From the NCBI GenBank assembly GCA_021797745.1, contig JAJZZD010000001.1, forward strand, positions 197,459-261,458: a DNA stretch of 64,000 nucleotides, in the 5' to 3' direction. Made by a program: the position numbers and the translations under genes. The DNA comes from Candidatus Micrarchaeota archaeon. GTDB taxonomy: Archaea; Micrarchaeota; Micrarchaeia; Micrarchaeales; CABMGC01. The notes under the pieces were generated by a model, which did not search any database, had not been told where the DNA came from, and worked only from the letters and a program-made list of their open reading frames with translations. This document shows, piece after piece, positions 44,901-53,838 of the stretch. The stretch's first letter is position 1; the number at the start of each line of letters is the position of its first letter.

Positions 44901-45946
44901 GTCATCAGCTCTGAGAGCTCCTCCTGGCTCAACCCGTATGCCTTGCTGTTTATGGCTATGCGCAGCGCATAAACCTCTATCTCTTTCATGTAAACGTAAG
45001 CAAGCAGAGTGCCGAACGATAGCATGGAGTGTTTCAGCAGCTTCATGCCCTCCTGCAGAACCCTGTTCTTCATAGCTATTTCGAACGCAATCAGATGCCT
45101 GTTCTTCCTGTACTGCACCAGGCTACGCTTCATGTCAAATTCCTTTATCTCTGATACAAAACTCTCAACGTCGCTAGTGCCATTGTACAGCTGCATTAGC
45201 TGCTGTATGTTTGTGCTTCCGTTTTCGATCAGGCTGTTTTCCACAGCGTTGAATTTTATGCCGAGCCTTTTTGCCCTTATGAGCAGCATCAGATTGACAG
45301 AGTCTATGTCCTTTTTTATGATTCTCGCAGATTCGCTGTTTATCCTGCGCAGCGCAAGTATCGCTTTTGACAGCGTTGCGTAATAGCCCTTGTCGATTGC
45401 GAAAAGTGCGTCGTCAGCGTAGTGCGTTTTCTTGTACGACTCAACTGCCTGGTGAAGTATGCTCCTGTAAGGCGAGTTTATCTCAAGCCTTGAAATTATT
45501 CCCTCAACACTGTCTTCGCGCATTGCATCCCTTATCGCCGCCTTGCCGTACTGCCCGAAATCGACCACGAATTCCTCTATGTCTTCGTAATTTTTCTTCT
45601 TGTCCTTTGCCTCTATTGCAAGCTTTATGTTGTAGAGCGCGTACTTTCCTAGTATGCTCCTCATTATTTTCCTCTCGCCCACCGGGGCTATCCTGATTAA
45701 TTTTCCAAGACTCCTTGCCATGTTGCCGCTAAGTGCAAAGTCGACGTGTCTGCGCCTTATGTTTACCCCGCCGAAGGTTTCGAGGTCGCCCCTGTAATCT
45801 GTCTGTAGTAGTTTAGTTATCACTGCGCCCACTTCCTTGGCAGAAATGAGTTCGTTCATAGTTTTCGCATCTATGAGCCGCGACTCCATTACCTTTACTC
45901 TTGCGGTTGAATAACCGTAACGCACTGCTGCGCTTGAACCCAACAT
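44888..45946 (-). CDS. atpC: A-type ATP synthase subunit C
   Basis: 352 aa with the N-terminus YGYSTARVKVMESRLI typical of AtpC (V-type d). Confidence 0.85.
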   Translation of the reverse strand: MLGSSAAVRYGYSTARVKVMESRLIDAKTMNELISAKEVGAVITKLLQTDYRGDLETFGGVNIRRRHVDFALSGNMARSLGKLIRIAPVGERKIMRSILGKYALYNIKLAIEAKDKKKNYEDIEEFVVDFGQYGKAAIRDAMREDSVEGIISRLEINSPYRSILHQAVESYKKTHYADDALFAIDKGYYATLSKAILALRRINSESARIIKKDIDSVNLMLLIRAKRLGIKFNAVENSLIENGSTNIQQLMQLYNGTSDVESFVSEIKEFDMKRSLVQYRKNRHLIAFEIAMKNRVLQEGMKLLKHSMLSFGTLLAYVYMKEIEVYALRIAINSKAYGLSQEELSELMTWKQ

Positions 45947-45954
45947 TTCTTTAC

Positions 45955-46668
45955 CTATTTTTTGTTTTTATTTTTCTTAGCCGTCGGCTTCGCCTTCATT
46001 TTTATCTTTATCTTCGGCTTTTCAGATGCCTTTGCATGCCCTGTTCGCTTTTTTGCCTTTGCGGCACGCTTCGGTTCGGCATGCCGAGCTTCGCCCCTTG
46101 TGCCAAACATCGCCCTCTCAGCTTCTCTCCTTGAGAAATCGGAGTATTTCTCTGCAAGTTCAGATGCATCGATTACTATCTTTATCCTTTTATCTTTGGA
46201 ATAGAGCGCAGCCTTGCCCTTTGTGCGCGCAGGCTCTATCACTTCCTGGAGTTTTTCCTTCTTCGGAAGCACGTCGCTGCTTGCGCTTACTACAAAGTCG
46301 CTTATCCCCATGCCTTCGAACTGCTTTATCGCAGCTTCAATGAGCCTTTTCATATTCTCCGGCTTTGAAAGCCGGGCTGCAACTTTAGCATTCACTTTTT
46401 TGACTGCATTGTCAATAGCGTATGATTTGGCATCCGAAACAAGGAGCTTTGCAGTCAGTTCGGCATCTGCTCTTCCTTCGGCAAGTATTCTGCGTTTCTC
46501 GGCGTCAGCAGACGCTTTTGCGTCTGCAAGTATCTTCTCGGCAGCTTTTTTAGCCTCTCCGATTATGCTCCTGCTCTCAGAATCAGCCTCTTTCGCGATA
46601 TCCTCTGCTTTCTTTTCCGCCTCCTTCTCAATGTCTTTTTCCATCGCCTCAAGCGACATAAAACTCAC
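45955..46668 (-). CDS. atpE: A-type ATP synthase subunit E with a Lys-rich C-terminal tail
   Basis: 237 aa. A long N-terminal helix rich in A/E/K is followed by a globular part. The last 40 or so residues read KRAAKAKKRTGHAKASEKPKIKIKMKAKPTAKKNKNKK. Confidence 0.8.
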   Translation of the reverse strand: MSFMSLEAMEKDIEKEAEKKAEDIAKEADSESRSIIGEAKKAAEKILADAKASADAEKRRILAEGRADAELTAKLLVSDAKSYAIDNAVKKVNAKVAARLSKPENMKRLIEAAIKQFEGMGISDFVVSASSDVLPKKEKLQEVIEPARTKGKAALYSKDKRIKIVIDASELAEKYSDFSRREAERAMFGTRGEARHAEPKRAAKAKKRTGHAKASEKPKIKIKMKAKPTAKKNKNKK

Positions 46669-46721
46669 CTACGATTTTTGCGATTCGGCAACGCTATAAA
46701 GCTGCAAAATGCCTTTGCAGT

Positions 46722-46958
46722 TTATATTATGCCCGCAGAAATCATCACAAGTATCGCGACTACGAATCCGAATATCAGCAGCGTTTCGGGCAATACGAGG
46801 AACAAAAGCGCGATTCCCATGTTCTCCTTGTTCTCCGCAATCGAGCCAAGTCCTGCGGCTCCGATGCCTGACTGCGCCAATCCTGTTCCTATTGCTCCTC
46901 CCGCTATTGCAATTCCTGCTCCTATTGCTGCTATTGCAGCATTTGGGTCTATTGTCAT
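46722..46958 (-). CDS. atpK: A-type ATP synthase proteolipid subunit K (c)
   Basis: 78 aa, two helices, Gly-rich AIGAGIAIAGGAIGTG and the ion-binding LPET motif. Confidence 0.9.
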   Translation of the reverse strand: MTIDPNAAIAAIGAGIAIAGGAIGTGLAQSGIGAAGLGSIAENKENMGIALLFLVLPETLLIFGFVVAILVMISAGII

Positions 46959-46993
46959 ATCAAAACCTTTTCATTCAAATTTTTAAGCACGTT

Positions 46994-48901
46994 TCATTTC
47001 TCTTTTGTGCGGACGCGTTTTTCTGCAAACGGCCTGAACCTTATTCCATTGCCTATGTAAAACTTCGAGAAGAATTCAACGAAGTTAAGCCTTACCCCCT
47101 GAACTATCCCTTCGAATATTGCCAGAATCATGTTCAGAAAGTGAAGGGCAATGAAAATGATTGTGTAAACTATAAAAAGCAATATCCCGCCGCTCATGTT
47201 TGGCGTAAACGCCTGATCGATGAGCAACGCGATGATCACGCTCCCAAGCCCGAAGCCCATGATTCGCGTGTAGCTAAGCGGGTGCGTAATTAGATTAGTA
47301 AGTTCGCTTGCCTCCTGGCCGCTGAGAATCGCAGTCAGCAACAATGCTGCTATCGCCAATATGCCAGTGTATTCCGCAACGGCATAATTGAACTGGCCGA
47401 AGAATGTTGCGCTCAGCGCTATAGTGCCGAGCACTATCGCTGCAATTGAAGTGAGCTTGCTGTAAGCCAGCTTGGTGTGCCCGCGGTTCTTGTTGTTGAT
47501 GAATCCGAAAAGCAGCCCGATGCATACTTGTATTATTCCGAATATTACTGTAATCGATATTATTGTTGTAACGCTGCCGAGCCAGTTGAATCCCTTGAAT
47601 CCAGGGATGAGGTATTGGTCAAGCCCGAAGCCGAAGTACTGGTTGGAAATAATTCCGAAGAATATAGCTGATATCGAAGTAATCTGCCATATCTTTGCTG
47701 CGTTGTGCACAAGTCCTTCAGGGTCGGTTATTTTTGCGACGTATGTCACGAACAACAGCGATAAAAGTCCGTATCCTGCATCGGTGACCATCAGCCCGTA
47801 GAATATCGCGAACGAGAATATGAATATCCACGTTGGGTCTATCTCGTCGCTGCGGGGTACTGAAAAGAAGTTGACAAGATAGTCGAACGGCTGAAGAAAT
47901 TTAGGGCGGCCAAGAAGAGTAGGTGCAAGCTCATCGTCTTCAACTTTTTCTATCAGGTATTTGCCATTCGTAGCCGCCTTTATCGAGCTTTCAAAACTGT
48001 TGACTTGTTTTGCCGGGACCCAGCCCTCTACAACAAACGCCGATTCTGTTTTTTTGAATATGGCACTGACCTCGCTTCTCTCAAGTTCTATCTCAAGCAT
48101 CTCTTTGATGCCCGCAAGCTTTGAATAATGCTCATTGGCAAGTTTTAGCAGCTCTCCGTTGAGCCTTTTCTCTTCATTCGCGTGCTCCTTCAGCCTCCTG
48201 TCGGCAAATCCGGCAACTTCGTGCGCGGTTCCGTCAAGGTATTTGGCATGCAAGTCAATCTCATTCGCGATTGTTTTCTCCACGCTGTCGCTCAGCTTGT
48301 CCGATTTAGGATATGCGATTACTACCAGGCTGTTGCCTTTCGCTGCCGGTTTTATCTCATAATCGATGTTCTGTTTCTCCTTCCTGGTCTCATTCAAGAA
48401 TTCCTTCAGCTGCTTTTTGCCGAGTTCGAACGCCCTGTATTCCACTGTTTCGCTCCTGAAATAAGAGAAAGGTATCTTGAAAGAATAAAACAGGAGAGCA
48501 GTTTTCTTCGCTGATTCGAGCTCTTTTTTGTCTTCGCCCAATTCCCTTAGGCGGTCATCAATCGAGTAAATCGTGCTTATTTCCTTGCCTTCTAGGGCGT
48601 ATTTTAAAAGTTTGCCGATTTCTATAGTTTCTGACATTTCCGACTTTTCGACTTTTTCGATTCTCGGGCCTTTTTTCCCGTGCTTAACTTTCGCTTCCTT
48701 CAGAATCGAAAGCGCGCCGCTTACCTTAATCAGAGCGTCGGAAATCTCGGCCGTGCCTTCTGAAGGCTTATCGTCATTTAATTCAAGCGTGCTGTTCCTC
48801 AGGTCCATGGCTCCTGCCTGGTGCATGTTTTTTATTACGTTTTTCTTGTCCTTTTCAAGGCAGATGACTCTTAGCTTGCTCATTCGCTCTGTTCTAAACA
48901 T
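46994..48901 (-). CDS. atpI: A-type ATP synthase subunit I (a)
   Basis: 635 aa with a soluble N-terminal half and a multi-TM C-terminal half. Confidence 0.9.
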   Translation of the reverse strand: MFRTERMSKLRVICLEKDKKNVIKNMHQAGAMDLRNSTLELNDDKPSEGTAEISDALIKVSGALSILKEAKVKHGKKGPRIEKVEKSEMSETIEIGKLLKYALEGKEISTIYSIDDRLRELGEDKKELESAKKTALLFYSFKIPFSYFRSETVEYRAFELGKKQLKEFLNETRKEKQNIDYEIKPAAKGNSLVVIAYPKSDKLSDSVEKTIANEIDLHAKYLDGTAHEVAGFADRRLKEHANEEKRLNGELLKLANEHYSKLAGIKEMLEIELERSEVSAIFKKTESAFVVEGWVPAKQVNSFESSIKAATNGKYLIEKVEDDELAPTLLGRPKFLQPFDYLVNFFSVPRSDEIDPTWIFIFSFAIFYGLMVTDAGYGLLSLLFVTYVAKITDPEGLVHNAAKIWQITSISAIFFGIISNQYFGFGLDQYLIPGFKGFNWLGSVTTIISITVIFGIIQVCIGLLFGFINNKNRGHTKLAYSKLTSIAAIVLGTIALSATFFGQFNYAVAEYTGILAIAALLLTAILSGQEASELTNLITHPLSYTRIMGFGLGSVIIALLIDQAFTPNMSGGILLFIVYTIIFIALHFLNMILAIFEGIVQGVRLNFVEFFSKFYIGNGIRFRPFAEKRVRTKEK

Positions 48902-48925
48902 CGAGAAACCTTGGCAGTTATTTTT

Positions 48926-49264
48926 TCATTCTGAGAGTATGTGTTTTGCCGCTTCTTCGGCAATCCTACTCGTTTCTTTATCGTTCAGTTTTGCGTTTTT
49001 GTATTTTGCGGCTTCCTTCTTCGCTTCAGAAATAATTCCTTCTTTCAATTCATTGACATCTTGCTCAGCCTTCTTGGCTTCCTCGACTTTTGTCTCCTTG
49101 GCCTTAGCTTCTGCGTCAAAAATCAGCCTGTTTGCCTGCTCCTTCGCGGAGCTTATCTTGCCCTCCTTATTCTTTGCAGCCTTGTCGGCGATTTCTTTTG
49201 CTTCTTGTTCACTTTCCTGTATCTTTTTGATCGACTCTTCATTCATCAGAACACCAGAATTCAC
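48926..49264 (-). CDS. atpH: A-type ATP synthase subunit H
   Basis: 112 aa, A/E/K-rich helical protein. First gene of the H-I-K-E-C-F-A-B-D operon. Confidence 0.75.
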   Translation of the reverse strand: MNSGVLMNEESIKKIQESEQEAKEIADKAAKNKEGKISSAKEQANRLIFDAEAKAKETKVEEAKKAEQDVNELKEGIISEAKKEAAKYKNAKLNDKETSRIAEEAAKHILSE

Positions 49265-49470
49265 TTCCTATTTGCATATGTTGTTTTTAATACTTTACTG
49301 AGTTGGCAAATATGTGGCTTTGACATATGAAACTGTTTGAGAGATTGAAACAGCCACCGAATGGGCATTCGCTCAAAAAGTCGCGTTACAAAATAACGAA
49401 ATTGTGCAAATAAATTGATTTATATAAAAAAGTATAAATATGGGGAAATGCACTAAGTAGGTGTGATAAA

Positions 49471-50466
49471 ATGAGCGGAGGAATGCGTGACCGAAATCAG
49501 GGAGAGCCTGGGGCTATAAAACCTGAGGCTATAAAAACATTAGAAGATAAGATAATTGAGGAGTTCAACACATTCGGTAAGGACACCAACCGAAACGAAC
49601 TGATCGAAAACATGCTTGATTATGCCACGCGTTACTTAGATTTAAGCTATCGAATCGGCTTTTATTATTTCATGAGCAATCCCTCAGTATATGATGCACT
49701 ATCGAGCAATACCTCACTGCATAATGAAGCACTATTAAATGCCGATATTGGACTAAAGCCCGTTTTTCATTATTCCGTATTTGCTTATTTTTTGAAATGT
49801 GAAACGCGAGAAAATGTCTTTGCTGTAGCCCAAAAATTATTAGAGAATAGTTCAACTGCTGACCCATTTATGAAGCAGTTAGCCGAGTCGTTGGAAAAGG
49901 ACAAAAATAGCACAGAAACGCAGCCGTTTACGGAAATTATCGGTAATTTGAATGAATTGAGGAAGCAAGTACCATTGCAGAATTTGCAAGAAATAGAGTC
50001 TGGTAGTGTTAAAAGTTTAATAGCAGGCATAGCAAATCAGTATGATAAAAGCCACCAAAAAACCATGTCTGATGCTTTAAGCAATCTATATAAAATTTCC
50101 GCAATTCCCAATCCTTCTTATTTCCCGATTGTGGCATTAGCATATGCATGTCCTGCTACAGTGAGCGCCTTTAAAGGCAAGAACCAGAAGGAATTAGAAA
50201 AAATACTGGCCGGTATGTATCTTTACGAACTATTCGACTTGCTGACAAAGCACGCTACAGAAAAATATCTCAATATTGAGCAATTTTTAAACGAGCTTAA
50301 AGAAGTAAAAGATAAATATCCGGAAGATACGTGGGTTAAATCGTTTTATGAGTGGCTAACAGCCGGTGCAGAAACTTATAATGCTGGTAAAAAACTTAAC
50401 AGCGCGTCGGCCGAACAAAAAAAATACAGCAAGAAAGGACTGATAAATACCACCTGTGCGAGTTGA
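49471..50466 (+). CDS. hypothetical protein (visibly AT-rich gene)
   Basis: 331-aa ORF with no recognised family. Confidence 0.5.
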   Translation: MSGGMRDRNQGEPGAIKPEAIKTLEDKIIEEFNTFGKDTNRNELIENMLDYATRYLDLSYRIGFYYFMSNPSVYDALSSNTSLHNEALLNADIGLKPVFHYSVFAYFLKCETRENVFAVAQKLLENSSTADPFMKQLAESLEKDKNSTETQPFTEIIGNLNELRKQVPLQNLQEIESGSVKSLIAGIANQYDKSHQKTMSDALSNLYKISAIPNPSYFPIVALAYACPATVSAFKGKNQKELEKILAGMYLYELFDLLTKHATEKYLNIEQFLNELKEVKDKYPEDTWVKSFYEWLTAGAETYNAGKKLNSASAEQKKYSKKGLINTTCAS

Positions 50467-50709
50467 TTTTAGAAGAAAATGAACTTATTAAAAACGTGCA
50501 CAGGCCATAGCGTGCTTTCAGGGCAAGTCTTTCTTTGCTACGTTCCAGTAGCGTATACTGCTACTTGGAAATATCCTGTTGGAGATGTATTTCTAGCACT
50601 CCTTGTCGCGCGCTTTGCATGCGTCTTTGTCAAATTATATAAATAGACTATATCAGTCGCGTGTTACTTTTTCAGGTACGTTTCTGAAGTGTTTTTCTGT
50701 TGCCGCGTC

Positions 50710-50835
50710 TTACTGTTTCTGATTCTCTAATGAGAACTGCCAAAACGGCTTTACGCCGATCTTGCGTTTATTCAGCTCTTTAATCACACCATCGCCTGGC
50801 ATTGTAAGCACATTAAGCATATCTTCCTCACGCAT
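50710..50835 (-). CDS. possible 41-aa micro-ORF (hypothetical)
   Basis: Own translation: MREEDMLNVLTMPGDGVIKELNKRKIGVKPFWQFSLENQKQ. It lies 35 nt downstream of a 14-bp palindrome in an otherwise empty 455-bp spacer. Confidence 0.2.
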   Translation of the reverse strand: MREEDMLNVLTMPGDGVIKELNKRKIGVKPFWQFSLENQKQ

Positions 50836-50869
50836 ATTGTAGCATATGACACGAAAATGTATTAATTTA

Positions 50870-50883
50870 TGTCACATGTGACA
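50870..50883. promoter_or_regulatory. perfect 14-bp palindrome tgtcacatgtgaca (operator-like)
   Basis: Read directly from the sequence. A related half-site atgacac lies at 50846-50852. Confidence 0.35.
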
Positions 50884-50921
50884 CAAAATAAAGATGCAAT
50901 CCATTGCGCAATGAATGCGCA

Positions 50922-51563
50922 CTATTTTGCATTGCTGCTCGGGCATATCTTGTTCAAAACGCACCTGTAGCACTCTTTTTTGCGTGCTTTGCATGTATCC
51001 CTGCCCAATTCTATGAGCAGATTTGAAACCTTTCCCCAGTCCTTCTTATCAAATATTTTCATAAGCCTCTGTTCTATTATTTCAGGCTTTTTGCTTCTTA
51101 TAAGCCAAAGCCTTCTTGCAGTCACATTAACATGGGTGTCAACGGCTATGCCCTCGTTTATTCCGTATGCTTCGTTAAGTATTACATTAGCCACCTTTCT
51201 GCCCACTCCCTGTAATCTTGTAAGCTCGGAAATTGACTTAGAGATCTTGCCATCATAGTATTTCAATATCTGGCCAGCTGTTTCTTTCAGATATTTTGCC
51301 TTTGTCTTGTAGTAGTTCAACCCATTCAGATAACTTCTCAGTGTTTTAAGGTCTGCGTGTGAATAGTCATAAAACGTTTTATACTTTCTGAATAAACTTT
51401 CAGTGGTTTTGTTCACCTGGTTGTCGTTGCACTGCGGCGACAGCAAAACGGCAACAAACAATTCAGTGTTGTTCCTGTGCCTAAGCTGCGTATGCAAATT
51501 GCTTCCATATCTTTCCTGCAGTTTGTCGAGCACCAAATCTGCGAACTTTCTGTCCATAAGCAA
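50922..51563 (-). CDS. nth: endonuclease III
   Basis: 213 aa with ELFVAVLLSPQCNDNQVN, HhH LTRLQGVGRKVANVILNEAYG and the FeS cluster CKARKKECYRCVLNKIC. Confidence 0.9.
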   Translation of the reverse strand: MLMDRKFADLVLDKLQERYGSNLHTQLRHRNNTELFVAVLLSPQCNDNQVNKTTESLFRKYKTFYDYSHADLKTLRSYLNGLNYYKTKAKYLKETAGQILKYYDGKISKSISELTRLQGVGRKVANVILNEAYGINEGIAVDTHVNVTARRLWLIRSKKPEIIEQRLMKIFDKKDWGKVSNLLIELGRDTCKARKKECYRCVLNKICPSSNAK

Positions 51564-51985
51564 GAAAGGTTTTTGATTAATAAAAAGGTTGTGTTCGCTA
51601 TCTGATCTTTTTTGACGTAAACGGAGAAAACAGCGTTAAGACTGCATGTCGAGATCGGTCGTTCAGGCCATTGTTTTGTACTCTTTTTTATGTCGACGCT
51701 TCTGATGGGCAGCATGCCTAGGATCACATCCTCAACCTTTACCCACACGCACCTGACTCCCTGCATCGCGTACATTTTCTTATGGCAGGATATGCCATAC
51801 TTGTATGTCGCAGCCTTGTTATCGAATGCCGAAAGAATGAACGGCGTGTGGCTTCCCACAAGCGGACCAGATATGAAATATCTGCTTATCCGCGGTTTCT
51901 CCTCGTCGAACATTATTACCTTTCTCGCCCGTGCTGAGCTCTCCTCAAAGCCCTTCGTCTGCGTAAGGTCTTCGAAGAATGTCAT
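51413..51985 (-). CDS. hypothetical protein; the last 50 or so codons overlap nth in another frame
   Basis: 190-aa ORF. The 3-prime tail downstream of 51563 is Cys-rich and junk-like, so the true end is uncertain. Confidence 0.4.
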   Translation of the reverse strand: MTFFEDLTQTKGFEESSARARKVIMFDEEKPRISRYFISGPLVGSHTPFILSAFDNKAATYKYGISCHKKMYAMQGVRCVWVKVEDVILGMLPIRSVDIKKSTKQWPERPISTCSLNAVFSVYVKKDQIANTTFLLIKNLSCLWTESSQIWCSTNCRKDMEAICIRSLGTGTTLNCLLPFCCRRSATTTR

Positions 51986-52064
51986 GAGCGACGGCTGCTT
52001 CTGGGCGAAGTCGTGGTAGTATGCTAGGTATCAATTTATTACGCATTGTTTGCAATATTAAATC

Positions 52065-52892
52065 ATGCTCAGGAGACCTGCAGTTTCAGGTTCGTTTTAT
52101 CCATCCGAAGCCGGAGAAGTTGAGGCCATGCTAGGCCGCTTCATCGACGAAGCCGAATTGGAATTCAAGGTTTCGCATCCGAAGGCATTCGTCGCACCGC
52201 ATGCAGGCTACATATATTCAGGGTATGTTGCGGCATATGCATACAAGGCTCTGCGAGACTATTCCTACAAGAATAAAATAGACACGTTCGTGGTAATAGG
52301 CCCTAACCATTACGGAACTTCAAAGTTTGCTACAGTGTCTCTTGCAGACTGGGAAACACCGTTGGGTCTTGCGGAGAACGACATTGAAATGTCCAAGGAA
52401 ATCGCATCATTCAGCAGCAAGTTCTCAACCAATGAAAACGAAGAGGCACAGGAGCATTCAGTAGAGGTGCAGATTCCCTTCCTTCAATTCCTGTTCAAAA
52501 ATCCCATGTTTTGTTTTATCTGCATGAGCAACCAATCACTCGGAGCAAGCAAAATAGTATGCGACGCCGTGCTGCACGCAGGCCGGAAATCGAACAGGAA
52601 AATAATGGTAATTGCAAGTTCCGATTTCAATCACTACGAATCTGCCAGCGTGGCAAAAGTGAAAGATGGTCCGGAGCTCGATGCAATAGAAAAGCTAGAC
52701 GAGAAAAAGCTCTACAGTGCGCTTCAGGAAACTGGCGATACCGCCTGCGGCTTCGGTCCTATAAGTGCAGCGATTCAGTACGCAAAAGCCGAAGGGGCCA
52801 GCAAAGGCATTCTGTTAAGATACGGAAATTCTGGGGACGTAACCAATGACTATGGCTCGGTTGTTGCTTATGCAGGTATTGCGTTTGAATGA
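52065..52892 (+). CDS. MEMO1-family protein (AmmeMemoRadiSam system protein B)
   Basis: 275 aa: RRPAVSGSFYPSEAGEV...FVAPHAGYIYSGYVAAYAYKAL. Confidence 0.85.
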   Translation: MLRRPAVSGSFYPSEAGEVEAMLGRFIDEAELEFKVSHPKAFVAPHAGYIYSGYVAAYAYKALRDYSYKNKIDTFVVIGPNHYGTSKFATVSLADWETPLGLAENDIEMSKEIASFSSKFSTNENEEAQEHSVEVQIPFLQFLFKNPMFCFICMSNQSLGASKIVCDAVLHAGRKSNRKIMVIASSDFNHYESASVAKVKDGPELDAIEKLDEKKLYSALQETGDTACGFGPISAAIQYAKAEGASKGILLRYGNSGDVTNDYGSVVAYAGIAFE

Positions 52893-52934
52893 GCCTTGTG
52901 CCAAAATCCTGACAAATTTAATAAATAGTTATTT

Positions 52935-53162
52935 TCATCTCTGAGTTAAAACAGGTTCCGCGCTCGCAATAAGGATATGGGCAGCCGTCTGCATACTCTT
53001 CATTTTCCTGTCATTGAGCTCGGAGATGGCAACACCTATTGCAGAATTAAGCTCATCTACGGAGCCTATTGCGTCCATCAGCACGTGGTCTTTTTTGACC
53101 CTGAGGCTGTTTATCGTGCCAGTGTAACCGAGATCCCCGTTTCCAGTATAAAATTTCGTCAT
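52935..53162 (-). pseudogene. PduO-type ATP:cob(I)alamin adenosyltransferase, N-terminal fragment only
   Basis: 75 aa from MTKFYTGNGDLGYTGTINSLRVKKDHVLMDAIGSVDELNSAIGVAI... then stop. Full-length family members are roughly twice as long or more. Confidence 0.5.
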
Positions 53163-53291
53163 ATGCAGCACAAAGTAAATGGCACTCAAATAATTATTAA
53201 CTTTAGCCCGGGCATATGACCTTGAAATTGCTTTTAGGCTAGTTGAGCGGCAATTAGATAGCAATAAATTCCTTGGTTGTGCAATAAGCGC

Positions 53292-53804
53292 ATGGCAGTA
53301 AACCCAAAAGACGTAGAAGCAGTAAATAAGATACTCTGGCCCGACGAAAAGGTCGAGATTACCGTTAGGCAGAGGCACGTCGGTCCAGGAGGTTCAATTA
53401 CAACTCCTACTTCTGTGATAGCTACTGACAAACGCGTCATAATATTGAACCGGGCAAGCTTCGGCATACGCCAGGATTACGAAGCGATTCCATACTCGCA
53501 GATTGCCAGCGTAAGGCTGGAACACGGCGTAATATCGTCTTCGGTTTATGTGCGAGTGATGGGCTACGATGTTGACAAAGGCCTTCTTAAGAACGGAAGG
53601 CAGGAAGGAGAGATTGACGGCTTGAACAACAAGGATGCGCAGGAGCTTGCAGACTACATAAACAGAAAGGTCGGCGATCTGCAAAGCGGCGCAAACGTGC
53701 AACAATCGGCAGATACAGGTAGCGTTTATTGCACAAAATGCGGTTCTCCAAATCCTGCATCTGCCAAGTTCTGCGCCCATTGCGGTGCTAAATTGCAAAT
53801 TTAA
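53292..53804 (+). CDS. bacterial-type PH domain protein with a C-terminal zinc ribbon
   Basis: About 170 aa with LWPDEKVEITVRQ...VIATDKRVIILNR...IPYSQIASVRLEHG (YdbT/bPH-like) and CTKCGSPNPASAKFCAHCG. Confidence 0.6.
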   Translation: MAVNPKDVEAVNKILWPDEKVEITVRQRHVGPGGSITTPTSVIATDKRVIILNRASFGIRQDYEAIPYSQIASVRLEHGVISSSVYVRVMGYDVDKGLLKNGRQEGEIDGLNNKDAQELADYINRKVGDLQSGANVQQSADTGSVYCTKCGSPNPASAKFCAHCGAKLQI

Positions 53805-53838
53805 CGGAGCGACTTAGTTAGCCTAACAAATTGGTTCG

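Noticed and set aside
40562-49264. Numerous 60-240 aa plus-strand ORFs across the ATP synthase operon (for example 48573-49301, 46709-47293, 43759-44325)
   Set aside because: All lie antisense to strongly supported ATPase subunit genes. They show low-complexity Ser/Phe/Leu/Cys composition typical of shadow frames.
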